A stretch of DNA of 64,000 bases from NCBI GenBank assembly GCA_051294375.1, contig CM119265.1, positions 25,800,767-25,864,766 of the forward strand. Direction: 5' to 3'. Source of the stretch: Paraspadella gotoi. Taxonomy: Eukaryota > Animalia > Chaetognatha. The notes beneath the pieces were generated by a model. It made no database searches, had not been told where the DNA came from, and saw only the letters and a list, made by a program, of their open reading frames with translations. Below, piece after piece: positions 1 to 10,872 of this stretch (position 1 is its first letter; the number at the start of each line of letters is the position of its first letter). Position numbers and translations under genes: made by a program.

Positions 1-795
1 TTTCTTGTTTCCCTTTCATTTATAATAACCTTTTTTTTTTTATCTGATTCTTTTTTCTGATCTCATTCTTTCTTTCTTTTTTCTTTCTTTCTCTTTCTTT
101 CTTTCTTTCTTTCTTTCTCTCTTTTTCTCTATCTCTTTTTATCTTTTTCTGTTTTCAGTCTTTCTTTCCATTTCTTTCCCTTTCTTACTTTGACTCCTTC
201 TCTCTTTAGTTTTTCTTTCCATTGTTTCCTCTCTCTCTCTATCTCTCTCTTTTTTTTCTCTCCGTTTGTTTTTGTTTTACCTTTTCTAAATCTTTTCTCG
301 TTCTTCGACCAATTTCCCAAAAGTTTTCCCCCTTGAATTCATATCTTCCAACAATCTAATAACGTAAAAATAAAATAATCAATAAGATAGAGATTACACA
401 TGGGAGTACAGGTACAGTATTTTTATTTATGACCTTCATCAGCGTCAAAATTTATTTGTGAATATTTGAAAGGTATTTGTGCAAAGGAAAAGGAGAGAGA
501 GAGAGAAAGAGAGAGAGAGAAGAGGAGAGAGACAACAAAGAGAGGGCAAAGTTTCCAACACTGAGTTTAGAAAAAGAATAGTGGTCAGATGTGAGGACAG
601 GTTAAGGTGAGGACAGATTGAGCAAGATTGTGAAAAGAAATTAAATTGTGAAAAATTTTATTTTAATTTAATTTCATTTCATTTCACAATCTTTCTCAAT
701 CTGTCCTCACCTTAACCTGTCCTCACATCTGACCACTATTCTTTTTCTAAACTCTGTGTTGGAAACTTTGCCCTCTCTTTGTTGTCTCTCTCCCC

Positions 796-834
<39 letters not shown>

Positions 835-880
835 CTTTTCCTTTGCACAAATATCTTTAAAATATTCACAAATAAATTTT

Positions 881-921
881 GACGCTGATGAAGGCTTGTA
901 TAGAGCCGAAACATGTACGTT
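881..921 (+). ncRNA. Minimal type I hammerhead ribozyme (HHR1)
   Basis: gacg-CTGATGA-a-ggct(tgtatag)agcc-GAAAC-at-GTA-cgtt: conserved core CUGAUGA and GAAA, 4-bp stem II, palindromic ACATGT stem III, GUA cleavage triplet, stem I gacg/cgtt. Confidence 0.8.
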
Positions 922-999
922 CGATACAATAAAAATCGTTGTTGTAAGCAATTTCAAACGTCTTCTACTAATTAACAAACACAACGAAAAGAAAGGAAA

Positions 1000-1090
1000 G
1001 AGAGAGTGACCAAAATCAGGGATTAATCCCTCAACCCCCCCGCCCCTCTTCGTTTTTAAGGGATTAATCCCTGATTTTGGTCACTCTCTC
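1000..1090. repeat. Perfect 32-bp inverted repeat (hairpin) between the two hammerheads
   Basis: gagagagtgaccaaaatcagggattaatccct (1000-1031) pairs with 1059-1090. Each arm contains the palindrome agggattaatccct. Confidence 0.9.
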
Positions 1091-1167
1091 ACTCACTCAC
1101 TCTCTCTCTCCTCTCTCCTCTCTCCTCTCTCTCTTCTTTTTTTGCTCTGTCTATTAACTTACTCATT

Positions 1168-1210
1168 TGGCCCTGAAGATGATATGTCCAATGGATCGAA
1201 ATATTGGTCA
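1168..1210 (+). ncRNA. Minimal type I hammerhead ribozyme (HHR2)
   Basis: tggcc-CTGAAGA-t-gat...atc-GAAA-ta-TT-ggtca: CUGANGA and GAAA core, minimal palindromic ATAT stem III, 5-bp stem I tggcc/ggtca. Predicted cleavage after 1205. Confidence 0.75.
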
Positions 1211-1445
1211 TAAATAAAAATACTGTTCCTGTACTCCCATGTGTAATCTCTATCTAATTCATTATCTCGGTACATGCGATGACTCTCAAAGAAAATAATC
1301 AATAAATATTAAAAACAAAAATTGAAAGTCTTTCTTACTAAACGGCCTCTCTAAAGATGCAGTAAATTTGAACCCCTAAACTTTCTGGACAGATAACGCA
1401 ACCCCACCCAAAGAAAAACAATTATCGACGTTTAAAATATGAACC

Positions 1446-2150
1446 TATGGCAACGGAGGGACATGTGTGATGCCTGGGGTGTGAGGCATCTCCTGACAGC
1501 TGGCGCTCAGGGCTTTGGACCTGCAGTGACCACCCCATGTCACTGGCGTGTTTATGCCGACACCATCACACTTTAACCAGCGTGACCGTGAGGGGATTGA
1601 ACCCAGAACTCACGGTTGGTGAACGAGTACTTAGCTGTCCAAGCCAATGGGACGAGCTGAGTTTCAACAAGCTATACGGGAGGCGAATTTAGGATTCGCC
1701 ACACATGCCCCCCCCCAAGACAGCACACTGGGGTGACCAAGCCCAGAGTGAATGTCTTGAGAGTAGACGGACTCATTGCCATAGAGAGCGAGCGAGCGAG
1801 AAGTAGGGCATAGGCGTGGGATGCATACCCTTAAGCGATGAAGTGAGCGATGGTACGCAGCGGTTGCGTGTTCGATAGTAAGGCTCACCACTTATGGCAA
1901 CGGAGGGACATGTGTGATGCCTGGGGTGTGAGGCATCTCCTGACAGCTGGCGCTCAGGGCTTTGGACCTGCAGTGACCACCCCATGTCACTGGCGTGTTT
2001 ATGCCGACACCGTCACACTTTAACCAGCGTGACCGTGAGGGGATTGAACCCAGAACTCACGGTTGGTGAACGAGTACTTAGCTGTCCAAGCCAATGGGAC
2101 GAGCTGAGTTTCACCAAGCTATACGGGAGGCGAATTTAAGATTCGCCACA
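1446..2150 (-). mobile_element. Complete TRIM (non-autonomous LTR retrotransposon) with tRNA-like LTRs, Helenus-type
   Basis: Two 258-bp direct repeats (1446-1703, 1893-2150; 3 mismatches seen) with minus-strand termini TGTGGC...GCCATA. 189-bp non-coding interior. PBS-like TGGTGAGCC 2 nt after the 5' LTR (1890-1882). G-run PPT just before the 3' LTR (~1708-1716). 4-bp TSD AACC (1442-1445, 2151-2154). Confidence 0.9.
1581..1657 (-). other. tRNA-like Pol III module inside TRIM LTR (second copy at 2028-2104)
   Basis: Minus strand reads gctcgtcccatTGGCTTGGACAGctaagtactcgttcaccaaccgtgagttctgGGTTCAATCCCctcacggtcacg: a degenerate A box and a good B box at tRNA-like spacing. Not a foldable full tRNA. 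Confidence 0.65.
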
Positions 2151-2160
2151 AACCTTTCCT

Positions 2161-3147
2161 TTTTATCGAGCCTACCGGCGAAGCCGGTTAAGGCTTGATA
2201 TTGATTCAGGTGAGCTTCTTTGTGACGTCTTCGTCGTCGTCGTCGTCGGCGGCGGCGTCACGCATTTTTATATAAAAACTACTACGCTTTTATAGTTTTG
2301 GCTGGGACTTACCTTTTTTTTTAATAAAAATTATTATAAATTACAATGAAGTTTTATAAACATGTGCGATCATAGTAAGTTAAAAATTTAGATATGGCTT
2401 CTCATCTTGAAATAGCTCTGAAATTTTTATATTACATTTGGATTCAAGTATTTTTTGTTTGAATTTCCACTTCATTATGATTTACTGCAATATGCAAATG
2501 AGATTATAGTACTCATTATAATATCCAAATTAGTATATAGAAATGCTTTAATCTAATTTACATATTGCAGTATATAATATTGAAGATGAAATTCAAAAAT
2601 TTTTTTCTAAATCTATAATAAAAATGGAAAATCAAAGGACCTTTTTAATGAGAAGCTATATCTTAATTTTAATACAAATAAAAATAAAATCTTTTACAAG
2701 CTATGATTGAAAAAATTGCAAAAATTTCCAATTGTAAACAACTGTAACATTTTTTTCCTTTCTTTCCTTTCTTTAAATTATATATAAATTTTTCTTCCTA
2801 ATTTTCTATTTAAACGTTTGTGTCTTGTGTTTCTTGCATTGCGTTCCCTTTTTTATACTTGATTTTTTTTGGTTATAAAATTTCGAATTTTGAACGTTTT
2901 TGACGTTATATTTTTAGTTTCTTATGAATTAGTTCCATTAACATATTATTTATTGAGTCAATTGTAAACGTTAGTGTCTTTTGTTTCTGTGAATTTTAAT
3001 AGTTTAGTTTTTTACACTGATTCACTGTTTTTGATTTTGTCAATACTGTTTCTTTGGTATTCCATAAAAAAAAATAATAATAATTTCTGTCCATTTTGCT
3101 GCCTTTTCTGAACCCTTTACAAACGAGTTCAGCTCTGCGGCTGTCCA

Positions 3148-3188
<41 letters not shown>

Positions 3189-3213
3189 GTCTCTGTCTGT
3201 ATCTCTCTTTCTG

Positions 3214-3249
<36 letters not shown>

Positions 3250-3782
3250 TCTATGTACGATCTTTTGCGTGATCGTTTTTTGAAAAATTTCGATTTTTTT
3301 TTCTTTTAAAAACTTTTATTATCGCCATTTATTCCGCGATTTTTTCTCAATGCAAAATCCCAAATTTACATCCGAGATTTTCGTGAATTTATTCTCTTTC
3401 TTTCTCTCTCTATATTTCTCTCTCTCTTTCACTCATACACGCATTTGTTTGTTTTATTTATGATGAATGATTCATTGCGTCAATGAATGACTATCATCGC
3501 ATCAATGAATGACTATCATCATATCAATGAATGATTATCATCACATCAATGAATGACTATCATCGCATCAACCATTTGGTTATTATCACATCAATCATTT
3601 GGTTATCATCACATCGATCATTTAGTTATCACCGCATCAATTATTGGTTATCATTGCATCAATATTTGGTTATCATCGCATCAATCATTTGGTTATCATC
3701 GCATTAATCCTTTGGTTATCATCGCATCAATATTTGGTTATCATTGAAGGGAGGCTCGATCCTATTCTTTTAAGATTTTTTT
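2161..3782 (+). mobile_element. Helentron-associated non-autonomous element (HINE/DINE-1-like), family 1
   Basis: T-run start, 5' subterminal repeat atcgagcct (2165-2173) with internal hairpin ccggc-gaa-gccgg, (GTC)n microsatellite, internal tandem repeats, 3' inverse aggctcgat (3752-3760), short hairpin tctt-tt-aaga, then T-run. A second copy starts at 10041. Confidence 0.7.
3461..3745. repeat. ~21-bp minisatellite (ttggttatcatcgcatcaata-like), ~13 copies
   Basis: Visible tandem units within the family 1 HINE. Confidence 0.85.
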
Positions 3783-3884
3783 CTTTCTTTTGAGAAAAAA
3801 AACCGGATTGTATTGGTTTAAAACAAATTCCCGACTTTTAGGTTAAAACTTCTCAAATCTTTGTTTGAAACTGGTTTCACTCTT

Positions 3885-3923
<39 letters not shown>

Positions 3924-4119
3924 TTATTTTTGAAATGAAAATATTGTGACTGTTATTAAGCATTGAAGAAGACTTGCATTTGTAAATGAACAAAGTCCCA
4001 AATGAATAAAAACTATCTTTGTTGAAAGAGAATTTGAATTTTGATTTTAATTTCATATCTTGATTTGGAATTGGCCTTCTTTTGATTGATTGTATTCACA
4101 TTTAATATAAAAAGAAAAA

Positions 4120-4425
4120 AATATAATCAAAAAGTGAAATAGGTTTTTTTTTCATTTAAACTTATTTCCACTAGGACGATTCCATCGAAACTTGATTTCC
4201 AGTTATTTAAGTAAAACGTGAGTAATTAGGTAGAGATAAAGGGGGACGGACTGATGGATTTTTTTGCATAATTTAACCTAATTATAATCTCCGTGACTTA
4301 CCAACAAGATTTTGGTGTGGGACCCACAGACCAACAAAGTGAATTATAGAGCTAATTATATAGACTAAAAAGAGAATTGGTAATTAAAAATGATAGTAGC
4401 TCGTCGCCTAAAGACTAGCTTTTGA
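4120..4425 (-). mobile_element. Inverted partial HINE related to family 2
   Basis: Reverse complement matches family 2 segments (ctctataattcactttgt.ggtc.gt; aagtttcgatggaatcgt..gagtggaaat.agtttaaatg), with a terminal hairpin agct.gtc...gac.agct near 4399-4421. Confidence 0.55.
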
Positions 4426-4635
4426 CCGCCACGTAGAATATACATCGTGATAATACTAAACTTTACAGTAGTTAACCATAGTTAACTTTATTCAATGGCC
4501 AGAATTATAAAATAAAATATTTTCGTTTTATTAAGAAGCAATCTTTTATTTAACCATTAAAAAAGTTTTAATTACAATTTATACATTCAATGTATATATT
4601 AAATTTTAACAATTAACATTTTAGATATCAAATAT

Positions 4636-6297
4636 TTTTAGTCGGATCTGCTTATGCAGGCACGATCCCATGACGAGTCTATAATTCACTTGTCGGTCCG
4701 TCGCTCCACCCCCTCAATATTGTCGGCACTAACTTATATCATGTCAGAACATCGAATTATGATAAATTATGCAAAAAAAATGATGTCCGTCCATCCGTCC
4801 GTTCCGTCCCACCCTTAACAAAAAAAACACCAATTACTCGTGATTGGATGGATGGATTGGAATGAAATTTTTTTGTGGGTAGGGAAGTGTGTGATAAGCT
4901 GTATATGAAGTTTCGATGGAATCGTCCGAGTGAAAAATAGTTTAAATGGAAAAAATAAAAAAAAATAAATTTCACTATTTGAACACCAATTACTGCAAGA
5001 GTGGATGGGCGATTGACTTGAAAATTTTGTATTGGGTAGGAAAGTGTGTGATTGAGCTGGAAATCAAGTTTCGATGAATCGTTTGAGTGGAAATGAGTTT
5101 AAATGGAAAAAAACAAAAAACCTTGTTTCACTAATTGATTATGCTTCTTTTCCTTTTATATTAAATGTAAATGAAGGATGTATTAATAAATCAAAATAAT
5201 TAATACAGTTAATTATTCAATTAGTCAATTAATTAACAATAATTAATTAATTAGTCAATCAATCCGTCCATCCGTCCCATCTTAGCAAAAAGCTCCAATA
5301 ACTCGTGATTAGCTAGTTGGATTGGAATGAAATTTTGTGTCTGGGTAGGACAGTGGTGAGATGAAGCTGGATCTAAAGTTTCGATGGAATCGTGAGAGTG
5401 GGAAATGAGTTAAATGGAAAAAACATAAGTTGCATTTACTCAAATATTTTTACTTATTTTTAACGCAATAAATACTCTATTTAATCATAATTAGATGGAT
5501 AGATTTGAGTTTAAATTTTGTGTGTGGTAGGAAAGTGTGTGACGAAGCTTGATACAAAGTTTCGGTGGAAACGTACAAGTGGAAATGAGTTTAAATAAAA
5601 AAAAATATGAGTCACATTTACTTGAATCTTTTGCTTTCACGACTTGTTAGTCCTGGCAATGTTACTTATTTTGACGCCATAAATTACTACGTAATTAATC
5701 ATAATTAAATTAATAAATTGAAAAGGAAGTGTGTGAAGAAGCTAGATATAAAGTTTTGACGGAATTGTGCCAGTGGAAAATGAGTTTAAATGGAAAAAAC
5801 ATAAGTCACATTCTTACTTGAATCTTTTTTATTTATGATACTAATAAATGTTTAATTAATTAATTAATTAATTTGAAAAAAATGATACAATTTAAAAAAA
5901 TTATGCAAGTTTGAAAAAATTATGCAAGTTGAAAAAAATTATGCAAGTGAAAAATGATGAAAGTTAAAAAAAAATGATGCGAATTGTAAAATGATATAAA
6001 TTGAAAAAATGAGAGTTGAAAAAAAATTATGTGCGTGAAAAATGATGCGATTGAAAAAATGATGCAAAGTTAAAAAAATGATGCGAATTGTAAAAATGAT
6101 GTAAATTAAAAAATGATGAGTTTGAAAAATTATGTGCGTGGAAAAATTATGCGAGTTGAAAAAATGATGCGAGTTAAAAAATGATGCGAGTTTAAACAAA
6201 ATTTTAAAAAAATATTGTGATTTATCATCCTGATTAAGCAGATTACCGACGCTTAATTATTGTAGGCAGATCCGACATTGTTTGCTCAAACTTGTTT
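4636..6297 (+). mobile_element. Helentron-associated non-autonomous element (HINE/DINE-1-like), family 2
   Basis: 5' tttttagtcggatctgc and 3' gcagatccgac are subterminal inverted repeats. 3' hairpin gtttg-ct-caaac then ttgtt. (TCCG/TCCA)n microsatellite at ~4786-4810. About 5 internal 150-300-bp tandem units. A shorter copy lies at 10873-11700. Confidence 0.8.
5875..6195. repeat. ~19-bp minisatellite (aaaaaatgatgcgagttga-like)
   Basis: About 16 degenerate tandem units inside the family 2 HINE. Confidence 0.85.
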
Positions 6298-9200
6298 AAA
6301 AAAAAGTTCTAACAATTTTCGTAAAGTGTTTTTGTCTTTTTTTCTGAAGACTTCAGTGAATTTCCTTAAAAAATCTGACTCACCGCGCAGCCTGTTCAAG
6401 ACAGTCGTCCGCGCGGCCACGAAGTCTTCCAGTCCTGTGCCGACACATTCGTGTTGGGCTGCGGCACGACGAAGGCTCTGGGCTCACAACTCCTTCGCCG
6501 ACGGAGACGCCGACGACGACGCAATTGAGATGGCAGGTGCGTCAGAAGATGCCCTCGATAAGGGCTGGAGCCACGTGGTTGACTAAAGGGAAGAATTAAA
6601 AATATGATCATGTAGGGGGGGATTTTTGTATACAATTGAAGCAGTTTACAGAATCGTAATATGTCATTATATAGCAGGGTGGTATAATAATAATAATAAT
6701 AAATCTTAAGAGCAATAGAATAAAAATTTACCAAAACTTAATCAGGATACAATAATATGCAAATGAGATTAAGGAACTCAATCTCATTTGAAATAATCAG
6801 CAAATTAATCTGCTACAATTAATATCGAAGCCAAGTACTAAGCGCGTTAATAAACCCTACTTTTACATTGGAAAGTAATTATTGAATACTTGTTTTGTCC
6901 TGTTATGTCTTAATCTACCATACCCTGTCTGAAGTCAGGAGCAAGATATACCTTTTTAATTAATGACTGAATAATTTATGTACTTGTACCAATTTTCTAT
7001 AGTATTATCGATAGGAATAATACATATATAATACTACATAAATGTTCCTCCAGTGGTTTTAAGTTCATAAATTAGATAAGTCATTCAATCATACCAGTTA
7101 TATGGGAATATATCATAGTAATTCTATCACAATCATAATCCCATAAAAATCTAAATCCGACGAACCCGTCTTTGTATGAAATGAGCTCCTTTATCCTGTC
7201 CGTGATGAAGAGGTGTCCGTCAAATTAAAGCGTCCAACGTCTCCCGTGTGGAACCATCCGTCAGCATCTACGACGGTCACGGTGGCTGCGGGGGCGTTCA
7301 AGTAGCCCTTCATCAAAGCGGGATTTTTTATGCAGATCTCGCCCTCGCTGGTTGGAGGTAAGTCGAAGCCATCGGAAGGGTCAGTTATCTTAGAAAAGGA
7401 AAGGTATGTATTTATGTAGAAATTTGGGAAAAAAAAAGAAAGAAATATTAAAAATGATTCCAAAGTAACAACAACAAAAAACATGAACGAGAATAAAAAA
7501 CAAAGAAACATTAAAAAAGTAGTAAAAGGTACATACTTAATAAAAATGAAACAAGAAACAGAAAGTGTTGTAAACATATATTATTATGCATTTCATAGTA
7601 CATGACCGGTATGACTGAGTATAAATTAAAGTGATGCAGTATTAAGCACCTAAGTTTTGATCAATTAAAACAAAATTGAAAAAAGAGAGAGGGACCAATC
7701 GACCAACCTAAAGTGACTTATATAGATTTGCGAGGCATTCTCCATTCTCAGCGCAAAATAACCTTAATTTGGACGTTGGGGAACAGAACGCCAACGGATC
7801 CTGGATGCTTGACTCTCTCTCCCTTTGGTACAGTGGTCAATGTTCCACCCTACAAATAAAAAAGTAAACTATGAATATAAACATAACCAGAGTAGTCATA
7901 TATATATAATATTTTATATTATATAATATATATATGGCTTTCGTTAGAGTACCATTTCATAATGTCATTTCATACCATTCTACACCTAATTCTTAATATC
8001 TCGCTATACAGATTATTTATAATTATCAGTATGTTTTTTTCTCTACTACATCCACAAACCTCCGGTGCTTCCATATCCCTGACGAATGTCCATGACTCCC
8101 GTCCGACGACGGAACATGTCTTCAATCTCGGCCGAAACGTAAGAGCCTCCAGTAAGGATAGATCGAACAGATGTTAGATCTGGAGCAGGCAATACATTGC
8201 CTTTGGCGATTGAAGCCACACGCCAGGCGGTCAAGTAAAGGTGCCTGGTTGAGAAAAAAAGATTTTACCAGTCGTTAGGTAACGTCAAAATATTAGTAAA
8301 TTAGTCCAAAATTTTACCAAGTGATGAAACACTAATAAGTGTTATGAGTTAGTGACAGAACCGTTCAATATAAACACTAAACATTAAACACTAAACAGTC
8401 CCTGAGAATGCAGCCGGGTTAAGCGGCCCATCCTTCTTAACTCCGTAGCAACCACTAGACTAGAACCTTGGACCTTTGGGTTGGGAGGCGAATGACTTGC
8501 CTCCTGCTCCAATAGCCACTGATGAATGGTTGGTGATTTGAATTATACTTTTGTTCACTCACTTCATGTTGTATTTTTTCACCAAACTCAAATCCCGAGA
8601 AATGTCAAAGTCAGCAACAACGACACAGTTTGCTCGTTGAAGCATGCATTTAAATGCCGAATACTGCAGTCCACCTGAGTGGGCCAAAGGCGACTGCAAC
8701 ATTGTCGTATCTCCTGTGATAAAACACGAGATCTCAAAGTAAATTTCATCATTGATCGATCATTGATTATTCCCTCAAATGAAGCTGCACCTGGTTCTAG
8801 TTCCACAAATGCTTCATGCAAAAACTGCAACTGGTTGGCTACAGTGTTTTTGTGAGTGAGGACAATGCCCTTGGGAGTTCCTGTGCTGCCACTGCTATTC
8901 TGGACAATTGCAGTATTGACAGCAACATCGATTTCTGGTGTCTGCTCAAAGGCAGATCCGTCATCAGTCGCAAGGTTGGTAAATGTGTTTGCATCTGAGA
9001 ATGAAATTCATGAGAATATTTCAAAAAAATTTTAACGTTATTTTTATATTTTATCAGAAAGTCCTAATGTACTTGTACTTATAAATAATAGTTCCGAGTA
9101 AATATTGCAGAAAATGAAATTGGTTCTCTATTAAAACTCACCATAGTTTTCTTTAACTGCGTCAAAAACTATGAGAAGTTTGAAGGCATCTGATTCATGA

Positions 9201-9758
9201 TAAACTTTTCTTGCTGTATCCAAGAAATTGGAGGTACAGGCGATGACCTTCGCCTCTACTGCCTCTGCCTGACGCTTGAGTTCCACTTCATTTAGTGAAG
9301 TGTAAACGGGCGCAAATACCGCACCCAAAGCGAGCGTCGCAAAGCATGTGATAATATATTCGACGCAGTTTGACGCAATTACCGTTACACCATCGCCCTT
9401 AATAAAATGCATACAATTTATTTGTACATTGAATTTGTTTGCCTTTCTCATTTCTTCACTCATTTATTTATGCATAACTCATCCTCTTTTTTTCATACAT
9501 TATTGGACTTGCCTTTCCCACCCCTCGCTTTGCCAATGCACTTGCAACTCTCTCAGCCAAATAAATGATCCTCTTTGCACTCAAAGTCTCTCCAGTAGAT
9601 GCAGATGTTAAGAGGATGTCTTCAGGATGTTGAAGCAAGTGTGTTTTCATGAAGGTGAAGACATCAATGGCGGGGATATCAATGTTAGAAAAAGGAGATA
9701 TTACCACATTATTTACTGCAAAACTTTTTTCTGAAGCGTTTAAAGTGGATGTATCCAT
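6290..9758 (-). pseudogene. Luciferase/4CL-like acyl-CoA synthetase paralog C: full 8-exon structure but frameshifted as assembled
   Basis: Exons: 9758-9513, 9397-9142, 8994-8791 (IVQNSSGSTGTPKG), 8713-8563 (PLAHSGG), 8244-8060 (RQGYGST, +1 nt), 7849-7763 (PGSVG), 7388-7166 (MKGY, GWFHTGDVG, DRIKELISYKDG, -1 nt), 6582-~6290 (HVAPALIE, EPRAFVV, LNRLRG, several 1-nt deletions). Exons 2, 3, 4 and 6 have exactly the lengths of paralog A (256, 204, 151, 87). May be an intact gene with read errors. Confidence 0.8.
8341..8536 (-). mobile_element. tRNA-derived SINE in intron 4 of paralog C
   Basis: Reverse complement of the element at 17363-17560 (ggaggcaagtcattcgcctcccaacccaaaggtcc.gggttctag... to ...ttgaacggttct.tcactaa.tcataac). 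Confidence 0.75.
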
Positions 9759-10040
9759 GACGATTGCAAAAGTTTGGTCCACTTTTAAATAATCTCGAAT
9801 TTAGCTGGAAACTAAAATATATCTTACCTGGAATAAGTGCAATATTTAGAATTATTAAAAACCACAAGATAAGGGAAAACATGATAAATAGAATAACAAT
9901 AATTCTAAGAATATTCATGATTTAACAAAAATGAAATTTATCAAACCATATGATTTATACGTATACTGGGATTGCTTGTTGTTAATGACTTAATCATCTG
10001 ATAAGTCATAAGAACTAAGGGATTTGAAGCATAATATAAT

Positions 10041-10872
10041 TATCGAGCCGACCGGCGAAGCCTGTTCAGGCTCGATATTGATTCGGGTGAGCTTCTTTGT
10101 GTCGTCATCGTCGTCGTCGTCACGCGTGTTTTTAATATAAAACTACTACAACTTTATAGGTTTGGCTGGGACTTACCGTTTTTTTTTAAATAAAAATTAT
10201 TATGAATTATGATAAAGTTTTACAAAAGTGTGCGATCATAGTAAGTTAAAAATTTAGATATGGCTTCTCATCTTGAAATAGCTTTGATATTTTCTTATTA
10301 CATTTGGGTTTATGTATTTTTTCTTTGAATTTCCACTTCATTTGATTTACTGCAATATGCAAATGAGATTATAGTACTCATTATAATATCCAAATTAGTA
10401 TAATAGAAATGCTTTAAATCTAATTTACAAATTGCAGTAATATAATATTGAAGATGAAATTCAAAAAAAAATTTTAAATCTATAATAAAAATGGGAAATC
10501 AAAGGACTTTTTTTAATGAGAAGCTATATCTTATTTTAATACAAATAAAATAAAATCTTTTACAAGCTATGATTGGAAAAATTTTCAATTGTAAACAATT
10601 GTAACATTTTTTTCCTTTCTTTATTTATTTAAATTATATATAGATTTTTCTTTCTATTTTTGTCAGTTGCTGCCTTTTCTGAACCTTTTAAAAAAACGAG
10701 TTCAGGCTCTGCAGTGACTGTTCAGCTGCCTTCCAGCGGCTGTCCAGCTTTCTCTCTCTCTCTCTTTCTGTTCTGTCTGTCTCTCCTTTCTTTTCTGTCT
10801 CTCTCTGTCTTTCTGTTTCTCCTCTCTCTGTTACGATCTCTTGCGTGATCGTTTTTTTGAAAAATTTTGATT
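10041..10872 (+). mobile_element. HINE family 1, second (3'-truncated) copy
   Basis: Colinear with 2164-~3300 (tatcgagcc.accggcgaagcc..., gcttctttgtg..gtc.tcgtcgtcg, aaaactactac...), with an internal deletion. Interrupted at a T-run by family 2. Confidence 0.75.

Larger units (their letters stand above)
385..1290 (+). mobile_element. Fold-back remnant of Penelope-like retroelement pseudo-LTRs (inverted/direct pLTR pieces)
   Basis: 433-~650 is the reverse complement of ~680-894, and 385-434 is the reverse complement of 1206-1255. The + arm carries two minimal hammerhead ribozymes, each followed by AATAAA (928-933, 1213-1218). Hammerheads in inverted pLTR fragments are the established signature of Penelope-like elements. 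Confidence 0.75.
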
